Shown here piece after piece: positions 56,700 through 64,000 of a stretch of 64,000 bases of DNA. Position 1 is the stretch's first letter, and every line of letters begins with the position of its first letter. This DNA comes from Parcubacteria bacterium C7867-004 (GTDB lineage Bacteria > Patescibacteriota > Minisyncoccia > Phycocordibacterales > Phycocordibacteraceae). The notes beneath the pieces were generated by a model that did not search any database, had not been told where the DNA came from, and worked only from the letters and a program-made list of their open reading frames with translations. Position numbers and translations under genes: made by a program. The stretch is taken from the NCBI GenBank assembly GCA_001189075.1, contig LFCN01000006.1:81605-145604 (forward strand). The letters are read 5' to 3'.

Positions 56700-57050
56700 A
56701 TGTCACGCTCCCTTAAGAAAGGCCCATACGTCGACCTGAAGCTCCTCAAGAAGGTTCAGGACAAGAAGCCGTCATCGACCCCGGCTATTAAGACGTGGGC
56801 CCGCAGGAGCCAGATTGCGCCTGAGTTCGTCGGATTCACCTTCGGCGTCCATAACGGCCAGAAGCATGTAGACGTCCTCGTTTCCGAGGAGATGGTTGGC
56901 CACTACCTCGGCGAGTTCTCCCCGACGAAGAAATTCGTCCGTCACGGAGGAAAGATGCAGAAGCAGCTTGAGCAGAAGAAGCAGCAGGCTGAGATAACCG
57001 CCGCTAAGGCCGCAAAGGCAGCTCCCGCAGCGCCTTCTAAGAAGAAATAA
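56700..57050 (+). CDS. rpsS: 30S ribosomal protein S19 (with K/A-rich C-terminal extension)
   Basis: [19 protein letters not shown]...HNGQKHVDV... Confidence 0.95.
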   Translation: MSRSLKKGPYVDLKLLKKVQDKKPSSTPAIKTWARRSQIAPEFVGFTFGVHNGQKHVDVLVSEEMVGHYLGEFSPTKKFVRHGGKMQKQLEQKKQQAEITAAKAAKAAPAAPSKKK

Positions 57051-57052
57051 TC

Positions 57053-57457
57053 ATGGCATCCGTTGGAACTCACAAGCAGCCGGCAGCCGCACGTAAGGCG
57101 GAACAGAAGAGCGCAATCCGCGCTGAGCTTTCGACGTACAATCAGTCTCCTCGCAAGGTCCGTCTCGTTACCGACCTCGTGAAGGGGAAGCGTGTTGCTG
57201 ACGCTATCGTCGCCCTTACCTTCCTCCCGAAGCGCGCAGGCCTTCCAATCAAGAAGCTTATCGAGTCCGCAGCTGCCAGCGCGAAGAGCCAGGGCAAGGA
57301 TATGGAGAGTCTCCGCGTCGCCGACATCCGCGTCGACAGTGCCGGCATGCTCGTTCGTGCGATGCCGCGCGCTATGGGCCGTTCAGCACCTATCCGCCGC
57401 CGCCGTTCTCGCGTTATCGTCCGCCTTTCAAGTACTGACAGCGCTCCTGCCGCATAA
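57053..57457 (+). CDS. rplV: 50S ribosomal protein L22
   Basis: ...SPRKVRLVTDLVKGKRVADAI..., 134 aa. Confidence 0.93.
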   Translation: MASVGTHKQPAAARKAEQKSAIRAELSTYNQSPRKVRLVTDLVKGKRVADAIVALTFLPKRAGLPIKKLIESAAASAKSQGKDMESLRVADIRVDSAGMLVRAMPRAMGRSAPIRRRRSRVIVRLSSTDSAPAA

Positions 57458-57463
57458 CTTTCC

Positions 57464-58198
57464 ATGACTCACACCGTACATCCTTACGCGCACCGCCTCG
57501 GCATCATCCGTGACTGGAAGAGCCGTTGGTTTGCTACCGACAAGAAGTCCTTCCGCGAGAACATCGCGGTTGACCAGGCTATCCGTACCTTCTTCAAGAA
57601 GCGCGGGAAGGGCATGCACATCGCTGACGTCGAGATCGAGCGCGGTGCGAACGAGGTTCGTGTGATGATCCACACCGCTCGCCCAGGACTCGTTATCGGA
57701 CGCTCTGGCGAGAACGCAGCAAAGCTTCGCGGCGATCTCTCCCGCATCATCGCGTCGAAGTCGACCGCGAGCACAAAGCCGACGGTTAAGCTCGACATCA
57801 TGGAGATCCGTCAGCCAGAGACCTCCGCTGCGGTCGTGGGTTACCTCGTCGCAGAAGGACTTGAGAAGCGCATGCCATTCCGCCGCGTGCTTAAGGGCAC
57901 CGTGGAGAAGGTCATGGCCGTTCGCGAGGTTATCGGTGTTCGCATCGTGATCTCGGGACGCCTCGGAGGCGCTGACATGTCCCGCACCGAGCAGATCAAG
58001 CGCGGTCGCATCCCGCTTCAGACCTTCCGCGCGAACATCGACTACGCGCAGGTCGAGGCAGTCCTTCCGTACGGCGTTATCGGCATCAAGGTCTGGATCT
58101 ACCTCGGCGAGACCTTCGCAGAGGACGCCGCTAAGCAGGGCGCTCGCCGCGAGCAGGCTCAGCAGCAGCCCCAGATGGCTAACGGCGGTCGCCGATAA
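57464..58198 (+). CDS. rpsC: 30S ribosomal protein S3
   Basis: KH domain and S3_C (...GLVIGRSGENAAKLR...RISGRLGGADMSRTEQ...). Confidence 0.95.
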   Translation: MTHTVHPYAHRLGIIRDWKSRWFATDKKSFRENIAVDQAIRTFFKKRGKGMHIADVEIERGANEVRVMIHTARPGLVIGRSGENAAKLRGDLSRIIASKSTASTKPTVKLDIMEIRQPETSAAVVGYLVAEGLEKRMPFRRVLKGTVEKVMAVREVIGVRIVISGRLGGADMSRTEQIKRGRIPLQTFRANIDYAQVEAVLPYGVIGIKVWIYLGETFAEDAAKQGARREQAQQQPQMANGGRR

Positions 58199-58209
58199 CT
58201 TTCAATACC

Positions 58210-58629
58210 ATGCTATTCCCTAAGAAAGTTAAGCACCGCAAGTGGCAGACCGGACGAAAGAGCCCGGAGCGCCTCGCACGCCCTGATACCCGCGGTATCA
58301 CGGTAGCGTTCGGCAGCTACGGCCTCAAGGCGACCACGCCGTCCCGTGTAACGAGCAACCAGATCGAGGCAGCTCGTAAGGTGCTTACCCGCGCAACCGG
58401 TAAGGGAGGCAAGCTTTGGATCCGCATCTTCCCTGATCGTCCGATTACCAACAAGCCGGCTGAGGTGGGCATGGGTAAGGGTAAGGGAGATCCAAAGCAC
58501 TTCGTCTTCGAGGTGCAGCCGGGCCGCGTGCTGTTCGAGCTCGATGGCGTCGATGACGCGAAGGCCCGTGATGCGATGCGCCGCGCAGGATCGAAGCTCC
58601 CGCTTAAGACGACCGTCGTCACCCGATAA
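58210..58629 (+). CDS. rplP: 50S ribosomal protein L16
   Basis: MLFPKKVKHRKWQTGR... Confidence 0.95.
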   Translation: MLFPKKVKHRKWQTGRKSPERLARPDTRGITVAFGSYGLKATTPSRVTSNQIEAARKVLTRATGKGGKLWIRIFPDRPITNKPAEVGMGKGKGDPKHFVFEVQPGRVLFELDGVDDAKARDAMRRAGSKLPLKTTVVTR

Positions 58630-58633
58630 CATC

Positions 58634-58840
58634 ATGGCTACCAAAAAGATTTCATTCAAGGGAACGAAAGCCGAGGAGATAACCAAGCTCCTTGTCGAGA
58701 AGCGCGAAGACCTTCGTCAGCTTCGTTTCGGGGCAGCAGGCGCACGCGGTAAGGACGTCTCACTCCTCGGGAAGACTCGCCGCGACATCGCACGCCTTCT
58801 CACTGAGCAGACCGCGCAGGCTAAGGCGAACAACGCATAA
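58634..58840 (+). CDS. rpmC: 50S ribosomal protein L29
   Basis: MATKKISFKGTKAEEITKLLVEKREDLRQLRF... Start at ATG 58634. Confidence 0.9.
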   Translation: MATKKISFKGTKAEEITKLLVEKREDLRQLRFGAAGARGKDVSLLGKTRRDIARLLTEQTAQAKANNA

Positions 58841-58842
58841 TT

Positions 58843-59094
58843 ATGGAAACTACCAATACACCACAGGCTAAGCCGCAGTCCTTCCAGGGAGTCGTCGTAA
58901 AGACGGCCATGAAGGATACTGCTACCGTCGCGGTCTCCCGCTACGTGAAGCACGCCAAGTACAAGAAGTACCAGGTCCGCACGAAGAAGTTCCTCGCGCA
59001 TGATCCGGGAAACACGGTTCAGGTCGGAGACGCGGTAACCATCGTCGCCTGCGCGCCTGTTTCAAAGCGCAAGACGTTCAAGATAGCGAAGTAA
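58843..59094 (+). CDS. rpsQ: 30S ribosomal protein S17
   Basis: ...FQGVVVKTAMKDTATVAVSRYVKHAKYKKY... Confidence 0.93.
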   Translation: METTNTPQAKPQSFQGVVVKTAMKDTATVAVSRYVKHAKYKKYQVRTKKFLAHDPGNTVQVGDAVTIVACAPVSKRKTFKIAK

Positions 59095-59104
59095 TAAATT
59101 ATTT

Positions 59105-59482
59105 ATGGTCCAGCCCCAGACAATCGTCACCGTCGCAGACAACTCAGGCGCTAAAGTAGCGCGCGTCTTCAAGGTGCTGGGCGGGTCGAAGCGTCGCTAC
59201 GCCGAGATCGGCGATGTCGTCGTCGTTTCGGTCCAGACCGCAGAGCCTCGCAAGTCGGTGAAGAAGAAGGATATCTACAAGGCGGTCGTCGTACGCCAGA
59301 AGAAGCCCTTCCGCCGTACTTCCGGTATCTACGTCTCCTTCGATGACAACGCGGTTGTCCTCATCGAGAAGCAGGGTAAGGAGATGGGCCCTAAAGGGAA
59401 CCGCGTCTTTGGTCCAGTACCCCGCGATCTCGTCGAGCGCGGATGGCAGAACATCGCGTCTATTGCGCCTGAAGTCGTCTAA
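59105..59482 (+). CDS. rplN: 50S ribosomal protein L14
   Basis: MVQPQTIVTVADNSGAKVARVFKVLGGS... Confidence 0.95.
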   Translation: MVQPQTIVTVADNSGAKVARVFKVLGGSKRRYAEIGDVVVVSVQTAEPRKSVKKKDIYKAVVVRQKKPFRRTSGIYVSFDDNAVVLIEKQGKEMGPKGNRVFGPVPRDLVERGWQNIASIAPEVV

Positions 59483-59493
59483 TCTATTTACGT

Positions 59494-59835
59494 ATGTCCA
59501 AGGCAACACAAGGAAAGCAGACCGCAAAGTTCAAGATCAAGAAAGGCGACACGGTCGTTATCATCTCCGGCAAGGATAAGGGAACCGTTGGAACGGTTGA
59601 GCGTATGATTCCTCAGGAGGCACTCGTCGTCGTCGAGGGTGCAGCACTCGTAAAGCGTCATGTCCGCGGCAAGGCAGGTCAGACCGGCCGCATCGTCGAG
59701 CGCCCTCGCGCAATCGCGATCTCGAACGTCATGCTCCAGGATCCGAAAGAGAAGAAGGGTACCCGCGTCCGGCGCGAGTCTAAGGACGGGAAGAACACCC
59801 GCGTCGCGGTTAAGAGTGGAACCACCCTCTCCTAA
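59494..59835 (+). CDS. rplX: 50S ribosomal protein L24
   Basis: ...FKIKKGDTVVIISGKDKGTVGTV... (KOW motif). Confidence 0.93.
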   Translation: MSKATQGKQTAKFKIKKGDTVVIISGKDKGTVGTVERMIPQEALVVVEGAALVKRHVRGKAGQTGRIVERPRAIAISNVMLQDPKEKKGTRVRRESKDGKNTRVAVKSGTTLS

Positions 59836-59846
59836 TACCTTTACGT

Positions 59847-60386
59847 ATGATGACCATCAAAGAAAAGCAGGCAGCAGCATTCGATACCCTCAAGGGAGTA
59901 TTCGGCTTCACCAACGTCAACGAGTCTCCAAAGCTCGTTAAGATTACAGTATCGTCTGGCGTCGGAAAGGCGGACAAGGCTCGCAAGGCACTCGTCGAAA
60001 GCCGCCTCGCTCGCATCACCGGCCAGAAGCCGTCAGCACGCCCTTCGAAGCAGTCCATCGCGCAGTTCAAGATGCGTCAGGGTGAGATCGTCGGCTACCA
60101 GGTAACGCTTCGCGGAACCCGGATGCAGGACTTCTTCGACAAGCTGATCCACATCACGCTTCCTCGTACTCGTGACTTCCGCGGCCTTTCGGCTACCGCG
60201 ATCGACGAGATGGGTAACCTCACCATCGGCATCAAGGACCACACCATCTTCCCGGAGACCGCGGACGAGGACCTCAAGGACGTCTTCGGTCTTGCGATCA
60301 CTATCGTGACCACCGCCAAGGACAAGAAGCAGGCAGATGCCTTCTTCCGCCACCTCGGCATCCCGTTCAAGCCTGCGGCTGAATAA
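59847..60386 (+). CDS. rplE: 50S ribosomal protein L5
   Basis: ...KLVKITVSSGVGKA...GYQVTLRGTRMQDFFDKLI... Confidence 0.95.
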   Translation: MMTIKEKQAAAFDTLKGVFGFTNVNESPKLVKITVSSGVGKADKARKALVESRLARITGQKPSARPSKQSIAQFKMRQGEIVGYQVTLRGTRMQDFFDKLIHITLPRTRDFRGLSATAIDEMGNLTIGIKDHTIFPETADEDLKDVFGLAITIVTTAKDKKQADAFFRHLGIPFKPAAE

Positions 60387-60403
60387 AACGCATACTCCAC
60401 CCG

Positions 60404-60440
60404 GCAACACCTCGCGCTCCACGCAGGGTGTTGCTTTTTA
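60404..60440 (+). terminator. Intrinsic terminator directly after rplE (gcaacacc-N15-ggtgttgc plus TTTTTATT)
   Basis: 8-bp perfect stem and a T-run. Confidence 0.65.
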
Positions 60441-60490
60441 TTAGGAAGCATCGTTTCATGCGTACGAACTTGCAACGAAAGGAATTACTG

Positions 60491-60955
60491 ATGCAAGCGG
60501 TTCTTTCAGGGACGCGTCTCGAGATAGTGTCCTGGTGTCATCTGCTGCCGGTGCAGATAAAGCTTCCGCACATCCCCATCGATCATGTGCTGTTTCCATC
60601 CGCGAAGGAAGGCTTCGAGGGCTTGTCCATGATGCAAAGCGCGGGCAGGTTCGGTAGCAGGATGGCGCTCGTGGATATTTCCGGCCTCACCTGTAAGGAG
60701 GTGAGGGAGCGGATGAACGCTGATCACGGAGCAGACATGGAAAGGGAGGTCATAGACTTCCTTCGGTGTCTTGAGTTCATTCAGTCGGAGCACTGCGATC
60801 CGTTCCCGTTCGAACGCATCGTAGCCTATATCTCGGGCGCTGATGCGGTTATCGCGGTGCGCAGCGGCACAGGTTTTAGTCGCACGGCGTATCTTGGCCC
60901 GCAAATCCCCTGGGATCCGGGTACTCTGGGGCTATTTTTCATCGACAGTCTCTAG
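60491..60955 (+). CDS. Hypothetical protein (154 aa) inserted between rplE and rpsN
   Basis: SD AAGGAA-N6-ATG, located between terminator 60404..60440 and promoter 61034..61062. The competing antisense ORF 60506..60904 has a TTG start and no SD. Confidence 0.4.
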   Translation: MQAVLSGTRLEIVSWCHLLPVQIKLPHIPIDHVLFPSAKEGFEGLSMMQSAGRFGSRMALVDISGLTCKEVRERMNADHGADMEREVIDFLRCLEFIQSEHCDPFPFERIVAYISGADAVIAVRSGTGFSRTAYLGPQIPWDPGTLGLFFIDSL

Positions 60956-61033
60956 TTTCCGCGGACAAGGCCCTGCAGAGAAATCTGTCGGGCTCTTCTT
61001 TTAGAACTGAGTCGAGGGAGTTGGGGTGCAGGT

Positions 61034-61062
61034 TTGACAGCCTATAACCTAGCTGATAGATT
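61034..61062 (+). promoter_or_regulatory. Sigma70-like promoter for rpsN and downstream genes (TTGACA-17-TAGATT)
   Basis: Same hexamers and spacing as promoter 56633..56661. It is followed by the hairpin gctccccggagc plus T-run in the leader. Confidence 0.6.
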
Positions 61063-61092
61063 ACATGGACGGCTCCCCGGAGCTTTTTCTTT

Positions 61093-61362
61093 ATGGCTAA
61101 AGCCTCACAAATTGCTCGCAACGAGCGCAAGATCAAGACCGTCCTCAAGTACGCCGAAAAGCGTGCGGCTCTCAAGGCTGCCGGCGATTACGAGGGTCTT
61201 CAGAAGCTTCCACGCGATGCCTCCCCGGTACGCGTGAAGAACCGCTGTTCCGTCACCGGACGCGGACGCGGCTTTATGCGCTCGTTCGGGCTCTCCCGCA
61301 TCACCTTCCGCGAGCTCGCTCGCGAGGGCAAGATCCCAGGGGTTAAGAAGGCTTCCTGGTAA
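61093..61362 (+). CDS. rpsN: 30S ribosomal protein S14 (89-aa non-zinc type)
   Basis: [24 protein letters not shown]...[20 protein letters not shown]... with a single Cys. Confidence 0.93.
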   Translation: MAKASQIARNERKIKTVLKYAEKRAALKAAGDYEGLQKLPRDASPVRVKNRCSVTGRGRGFMRSFGLSRITFRELAREGKIPGVKKASW

Positions 61363-61374
61363 ATTTACGTACTT

Positions 61375-61764
61375 ATGGTTACCGACCGCGTAGGGGATTT
61401 CATCATCCGACTTAAGAATGCAGGAGCTATCGGAAAGACGAGCGTACTCGTCCCGTTCTCAAAGCATGTCGAGGAAATAGCATACAAGCTGAAGAAGCTC
61501 GGCTATGTCGCTGAGGTTTCAAAGGCGAAGGAGCCCTATCACTTCGAGGTTACTCTCGCGTACGACGAGCGCGGCAACCACAAGATCCACGACGTAAAGC
61601 GCGTTTCGAAGCCCGGTCGCCGCCTCTACGTCCCGTCCCACGAAGCGCATACCGTTAAGAACGGCATGGGCTCCCGCCTCATCTCGACTCCGAAGGGCGT
61701 CCTTACTGACGGCGAGGCTCGCAAGGTCCGCGTTGGTGGCGAGAATCTCTTCGAGATCTGGTAA
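61375..61764 (+). CDS. rpsH: 30S ribosomal protein S8
   Basis: ...DRVGDFIIRLKNAG... and C-terminal GGENLFEIW. Confidence 0.95.
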   Translation: MVTDRVGDFIIRLKNAGAIGKTSVLVPFSKHVEEIAYKLKKLGYVAEVSKAKEPYHFEVTLAYDERGNHKIHDVKRVSKPGRRLYVPSHEAHTVKNGMGSRLISTPKGVLTDGEARKVRVGGENLFEIW

Positions 61765-61775
61765 TTTCATACATC

Positions 61776-62309
61776 ATGTCCCGCCTTGCTAAAAAGCCCA
61801 TCGCTATTCCTTCGAAGGTCACCGTCACTACTGACGGCGGCATCCTTTCCGTGAAGGGAGGCGCAACGACGCTCGCACGCCCGATCCACTCTTCGATCGG
61901 CATCGAGGTAACTCCTGAGGGAATCCTCATTACGCCGAAGAACAGCAGCAAGCTCGCGCATGCCCTTACGGGAACCTTCGCCGCACACACCCGCGCGATG
62001 ATGCAGGGCGTCGAGACCCCATTCAAGAAGGTCCTCATCATGAAGGGTGTGGGATACAAGGTAGAACTCCGCGGACGCGATCTCGTGTTCAATGTCGGTT
62101 TCTCGCACCCGGTAACCCTTACCGTTCCTGAAGGACTCGAGGCTAAGGTTGAGAAGCTCAACATCATCGTCGAAGGCGCTGACAAGCAGAAGGTCGGCCA
62201 GTTCGCCGCAGAGATCCGCGAAGTGAAGCCACCTGAGCCATACCTTGGAAAGGGTATCGCGTACGAAGGTGAGGTGATCCGCCGCAAGCAGGGAAAGAAG
62301 GCTGTCTAA
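61776..62309 (+). CDS. rplF: 50S ribosomal protein L6
   Basis: MSRLAKKPIAIPSKVTVT... Confidence 0.95.
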   Translation: MSRLAKKPIAIPSKVTVTTDGGILSVKGGATTLARPIHSSIGIEVTPEGILITPKNSSKLAHALTGTFAAHTRAMMQGVETPFKKVLIMKGVGYKVELRGRDLVFNVGFSHPVTLTVPEGLEAKVEKLNIIVEGADKQKVGQFAAEIREVKPPEPYLGKGIAYEGEVIRRKQGKKAV

Positions 62310-62315
62310 ACTATC

Positions 62316-62666
62316 ATGGCTACTACCGCACTCAACAAGAAGGAACTCCGCGATCGCAGGCACCGCCGCGTGCGCGCTCGCGTCACGGGAACCAGCGAGC
62401 GTCCTCGTCTCGCCGTATACAAGTCGAACCGCTTCATCTCGGTGCAGCTTATCGATGACGAGGCAGGCAAGACGCTCGTCGCAGCTCATGGCCGCGCAAC
62501 TGCCGGTTCCATGTCCCTTCAGGCGACTGCAGTGGGCAAGGCAATCGCCGAGTCGGCCAAGAAGGCAGGAATCGACACGGTTGTCTTCGATCGCGGCGGA
62601 TATATCTACGCAGGACAGATCAAGGCGCTCGCTGACAGCGCGCGCGAAGCAGGACTCACTTTCTAA
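62316..62666 (+). CDS. rplR: 50S ribosomal protein L18
   Basis: ...RPRLAVYKSNRFISVQLIDDEAGKTLVAA... Confidence 0.95.
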   Translation: MATTALNKKELRDRRHRRVRARVTGTSERPRLAVYKSNRFISVQLIDDEAGKTLVAAHGRATAGSMSLQATAVGKAIAESAKKAGIDTVVFDRGGYIYAGQIKALADSAREAGLTF

Positions 62667-62669
62667 TAC

Positions 62670-63284
62670 ATGACTGACACTACGACCATGGACACCGAGA
62701 CGATCGTTCCTGAGACCGCACCGGTAGAGGCTGCGTCCGAGGCGCCAGCAGCTCCTGCGCGTACTCCGTTCCGCGGACGCTCACAGGGCGGCCCTGGCGG
62801 ACGTGGACGCGATGCAGGTCGCGGTCGCGGACCCCGCGCTCCTCGCGAGCGCAGCGAGTTCGAGCAGGCGACCATTGAGGTCCGCCGTGTCGCCCGTGTT
62901 ATGGCGGGAGGCCGTCGCTTCTCCTTCAGCGTTACGGTTGTTATCGGCGACAAGAAGGGACGGGTGGGCGTCGGTATCGGGAAGGGGGCGGACACCGCGC
63001 TCGCTATCGATAAGGCAGTTCGTGATGCCAAGAAGCATCTCATTACCGTTGCTCGAACCAGCGACGGCTCCATCGCTCACGAGGTTTCGATCAAGAACTC
63101 GTCTTCGACCGTTACCATCATCCCGTCTCCTGGTCGCGGTATCGTCGCCGGAAGCGCGATGCGTACCGTGCTTGAGCATGCAGGTGTCACCAACGTCATC
63201 GCGAAGATCCTCACGCGCACCAAGAACAAGCTCACCATCGCTCGCGCGACGGTAGCCGCTCTGAAGAGCGCCCGCGCCCGCTAA
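62670..63284 (+). CDS. rpsE: 30S ribosomal protein S5 (with G/R-rich N-terminal extension)
   Basis: ...VRRVARVMAGGRRFSFSVTVVIGDKKGRVGVGIGKG... Confidence 0.95.
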   Translation: MTDTTTMDTETIVPETAPVEAASEAPAAPARTPFRGRSQGGPGGRGRDAGRGRGPRAPRERSEFEQATIEVRRVARVMAGGRRFSFSVTVVIGDKKGRVGVGIGKGADTALAIDKAVRDAKKHLITVARTSDGSIAHEVSIKNSSSTVTIIPSPGRGIVAGSAMRTVLEHAGVTNVIAKILTRTKNKLTIARATVAALKSARAR

Positions 63285-63295
63285 TATCAATTTGT

Positions 63296-63748
63296 ATGCA
63301 GTCAAACTCACTCGCTCCTAAGACTCCTCGCATCACGTCCGCTCGCGTCGGACGTGGCGGAACCCGTGGCAAGACCAGCGGTCGCGGCACCAAGGGTCAG
63401 AATGCGCGCGCAGGCCACAAGAAGCGCCCTGAGATGCGCGACCTTCTTAAGAAGCTCCCGAAGCTCCGCGGTCACGGAAAGAACCGTGCTCGCACCGTAC
63501 GCGCGAAGCGCCTCGAGTACGTTCCGGTAAACCTCTCGACGCTCGAGGTAGCGTTCATGGCGGGTGATACGGTTAATCCGGAAACGCTCTACAAGAAGGG
63601 CCTCGTATCCGGTCGCGGCGGAAAGATCGCCTACGTGAAAATCCTCGGTACCGGCACCCTCACCAAGGCGCTGAAGATCAGCGACTGCTCCGCGTCAGAA
63701 GCGGCTAAGACCGCCGTTGAGGCAGCAGGAGGTTCCATCCTCGTCTAA
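63296..63748 (+). CDS. rplO: 50S ribosomal protein L15. It follows rpsE directly, with no L30 gene between.
   Basis: ...RVGRGGTRGKTSGRGTKGQNARAGHKKRP... An 11-nt gap separates rpsE from rplO. Confidence 0.95.
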   Translation: MQSNSLAPKTPRITSARVGRGGTRGKTSGRGTKGQNARAGHKKRPEMRDLLKKLPKLRGHGKNRARTVRAKRLEYVPVNLSTLEVAFMAGDTVNPETLYKKGLVSGRGGKIAYVKILGTGTLTKALKISDCSASEAAKTAVEAAGGSILV

Positions 63749-63755
63749 CACTCCG

Positions 63756-64000
63756 ATGATCGAACGCTCTATCCACAAGCTTAAGGTCATCTTCTCGGAT
63801 AGGGTCATCCGGGGACGCATCCTTTTCATACTCGGTGCCTTTGTCGTATTCCGACTGCTTGCTGCTATTCCGATTCCGGGTGTTAACCGCGCGGCGCTCG
63901 AGCAGTTCTTTACGAACAACCAGTTCCTCGGACTTCTCAACATCTTCTCGGGAGGTGGCCTCTCGAGCCTCTCTATCGTGATGCTCGGCGTGGGCCCGTA
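63756..64000 (+). CDS. secY: Preprotein translocase SecY (5' partial, runs off window)
   Basis: MIERSIHKLKVIFSDRVIRGRILFILGAFVVFRLLAAIPIPGVN... is the SecY N-terminus. Confidence 0.9.
   Translation, partial: MIERSIHKLKVIFSDRVIRGRILFILGAFVVFRLLAAIPIPGVNRAALEQFFTNNQFLGLLNIFSGGGLSSLSIVMLGVGP

Overview
This window is housekeeping chromosome from a high-GC bacterium, probably with a reduced genome. In most bacteria rpsL→secY form one contiguous gene block, but here the same block (45071..64000) is broken into short units by lineage-specific insertions. The window also has a type IV pilus locus and several secreted hydrolases.

**Gene content**
- 1..9500: a partial proline-rich membrane protein, NYN domain protein, rpsO, Xer-type recombinase, exonuclease III, CCA-adding enzyme, lysA, YraN, a secreted S1 protease, and four tRNAs (Arg-TCG, Gly-GCC, Pro-TGG, Gly-TCC).
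- 9500..20000: a secreted peptidoglycan-binding protein with an extremely acidic tail, rarA, two overlapping hypotheticals, a TrmB regulator, a standalone prephenate dehydratase domain, HU, RNase Y, clpP, ppa and nusA.
- 20175..27924: pilB, pilC and three large prepilin-type proteins, with two membrane-protein genes (a small ORF and a DUF1211-family gene) between pilC and the pilin genes.
- 27937..45000: tpiA, an SGNH hydrolase, pgk, HIT protein, recJ, rnhA, ComEC encoded as two genes separated by an antisense Fe/Mn superoxide dismutase, rpmB, an M50 protease, an HD hydrolase, a divergent XRE regulator, lexA and a Y-family polymerase with a LexA box upstream, an MBL hydrolase and an 830-aa secreted LCAT/PGAP1-like lipase.
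- 45071..64000: rpsL, rpsG, fusA, tuf, rpsJ, rplC, rplD, rplW, rplB, rpsS, rplV, rpsC, rplP, rpmC, rpsQ, rplN, rplX, rplE, rpsN, rpsH, rplF, rplR, rpsE, rplO, and the start of secY. There is no L30 gene between rpsE and rplO.

**Most notable observations**
- A cluster of 16-bp parS-like palindromes (TTTCACGTGAAA core) lies in and around the cca gene, suggesting an origin-proximal ParB centromere.
- A 2OG-Fe(II) dioxygenase and a convergent DUF3298 membrane protein sit between rplB and rpsS.
- An intrinsic terminator, a small basic Pro-rich ORF and a structured leader lie between rpsJ and rplC.

The absent L30, RNase Y, the pilus locus with no secretin in this window and the many secreted hydrolases are consistent with a monoderm, possibly CPR/Patescibacteria-like lineage. 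Lineage cannot be settled from this window.

All coordinates and identifications were read from the sequence by eye, so approximate start positions carry about ±1 codon uncertainty.
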